Shown one piece after another: positions 63,998 through 64,000 of a stretch of DNA of 64,000 bases. Origin of the DNA: Macrostomum lignano (taxonomy: Eukaryota); assembly GCA_002269645.1 (NCBI GenBank), contig NIVC01001154.1, positions 146,077 to 210,076 on the forward strand, in the 5' to 3' direction. Within the stretch, counting starts at the first letter, position 1; every line of letters begins with the position of its first letter. Made by a program: the position numbers and the translations under genes. Below the pieces are notes generated by a model. That model did not search any database. It saw only the letters and a list, made by a program, of their open reading frames with translations, and had not been told where the DNA came from.

Positions 63998-64000
63998 AAT

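Noticed and set aside
63668-64000. Plus-strand ORF at the window end as gag
   Set aside because: No gag motifs or upstream PBS; it lies within the LTR-like segment.

Overview
Animal (invertebrate) genomic DNA. The GC-rich Ala/Gly exons, AT-rich minisatellite-filled introns and TE mix resemble the flatworm Macrostomum, but this is an unverified inference. Four spliced host genes could be reconstructed with canonical GT-AG junctions: NELF-E (minus, 10059-14429), kappaB-Ras/NKIRAS (plus, 22835-24186), a RING-coiled-coil-polyQ-6xNHL TRIM-NHL protein (plus, 25905-36336) and PBX/extradenticle (minus, 38586-41588). Most of the rest is nested transposable elements: two Ty3/Gypsy retrotransposons (one inserted in the other), an IS630/Tc1 pseudogene and its MITE, tRNA-derived SINEs, a Crypton remnant, a P-element-family transposon with 312-bp TIRs, MULE-type elements and MITEs, a CACTA/EnSpm element and an FB-NOF-like MULE. 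The most unusual signal is TE cargo from the ubiquitin system. The first Gypsy element carries two paralogous tandem double-RING (SIAH-like spacing) ORFs between pol and its 3' LTR, one with an N-myristoylation motif. The NOF-like transposon is followed by a USP (C19) deubiquitinase gene. Paired repeat copies also show a strong CpG-to-TpG/CpA decay signature. Family assignments come from motif recognition by eye; no database searches were run.
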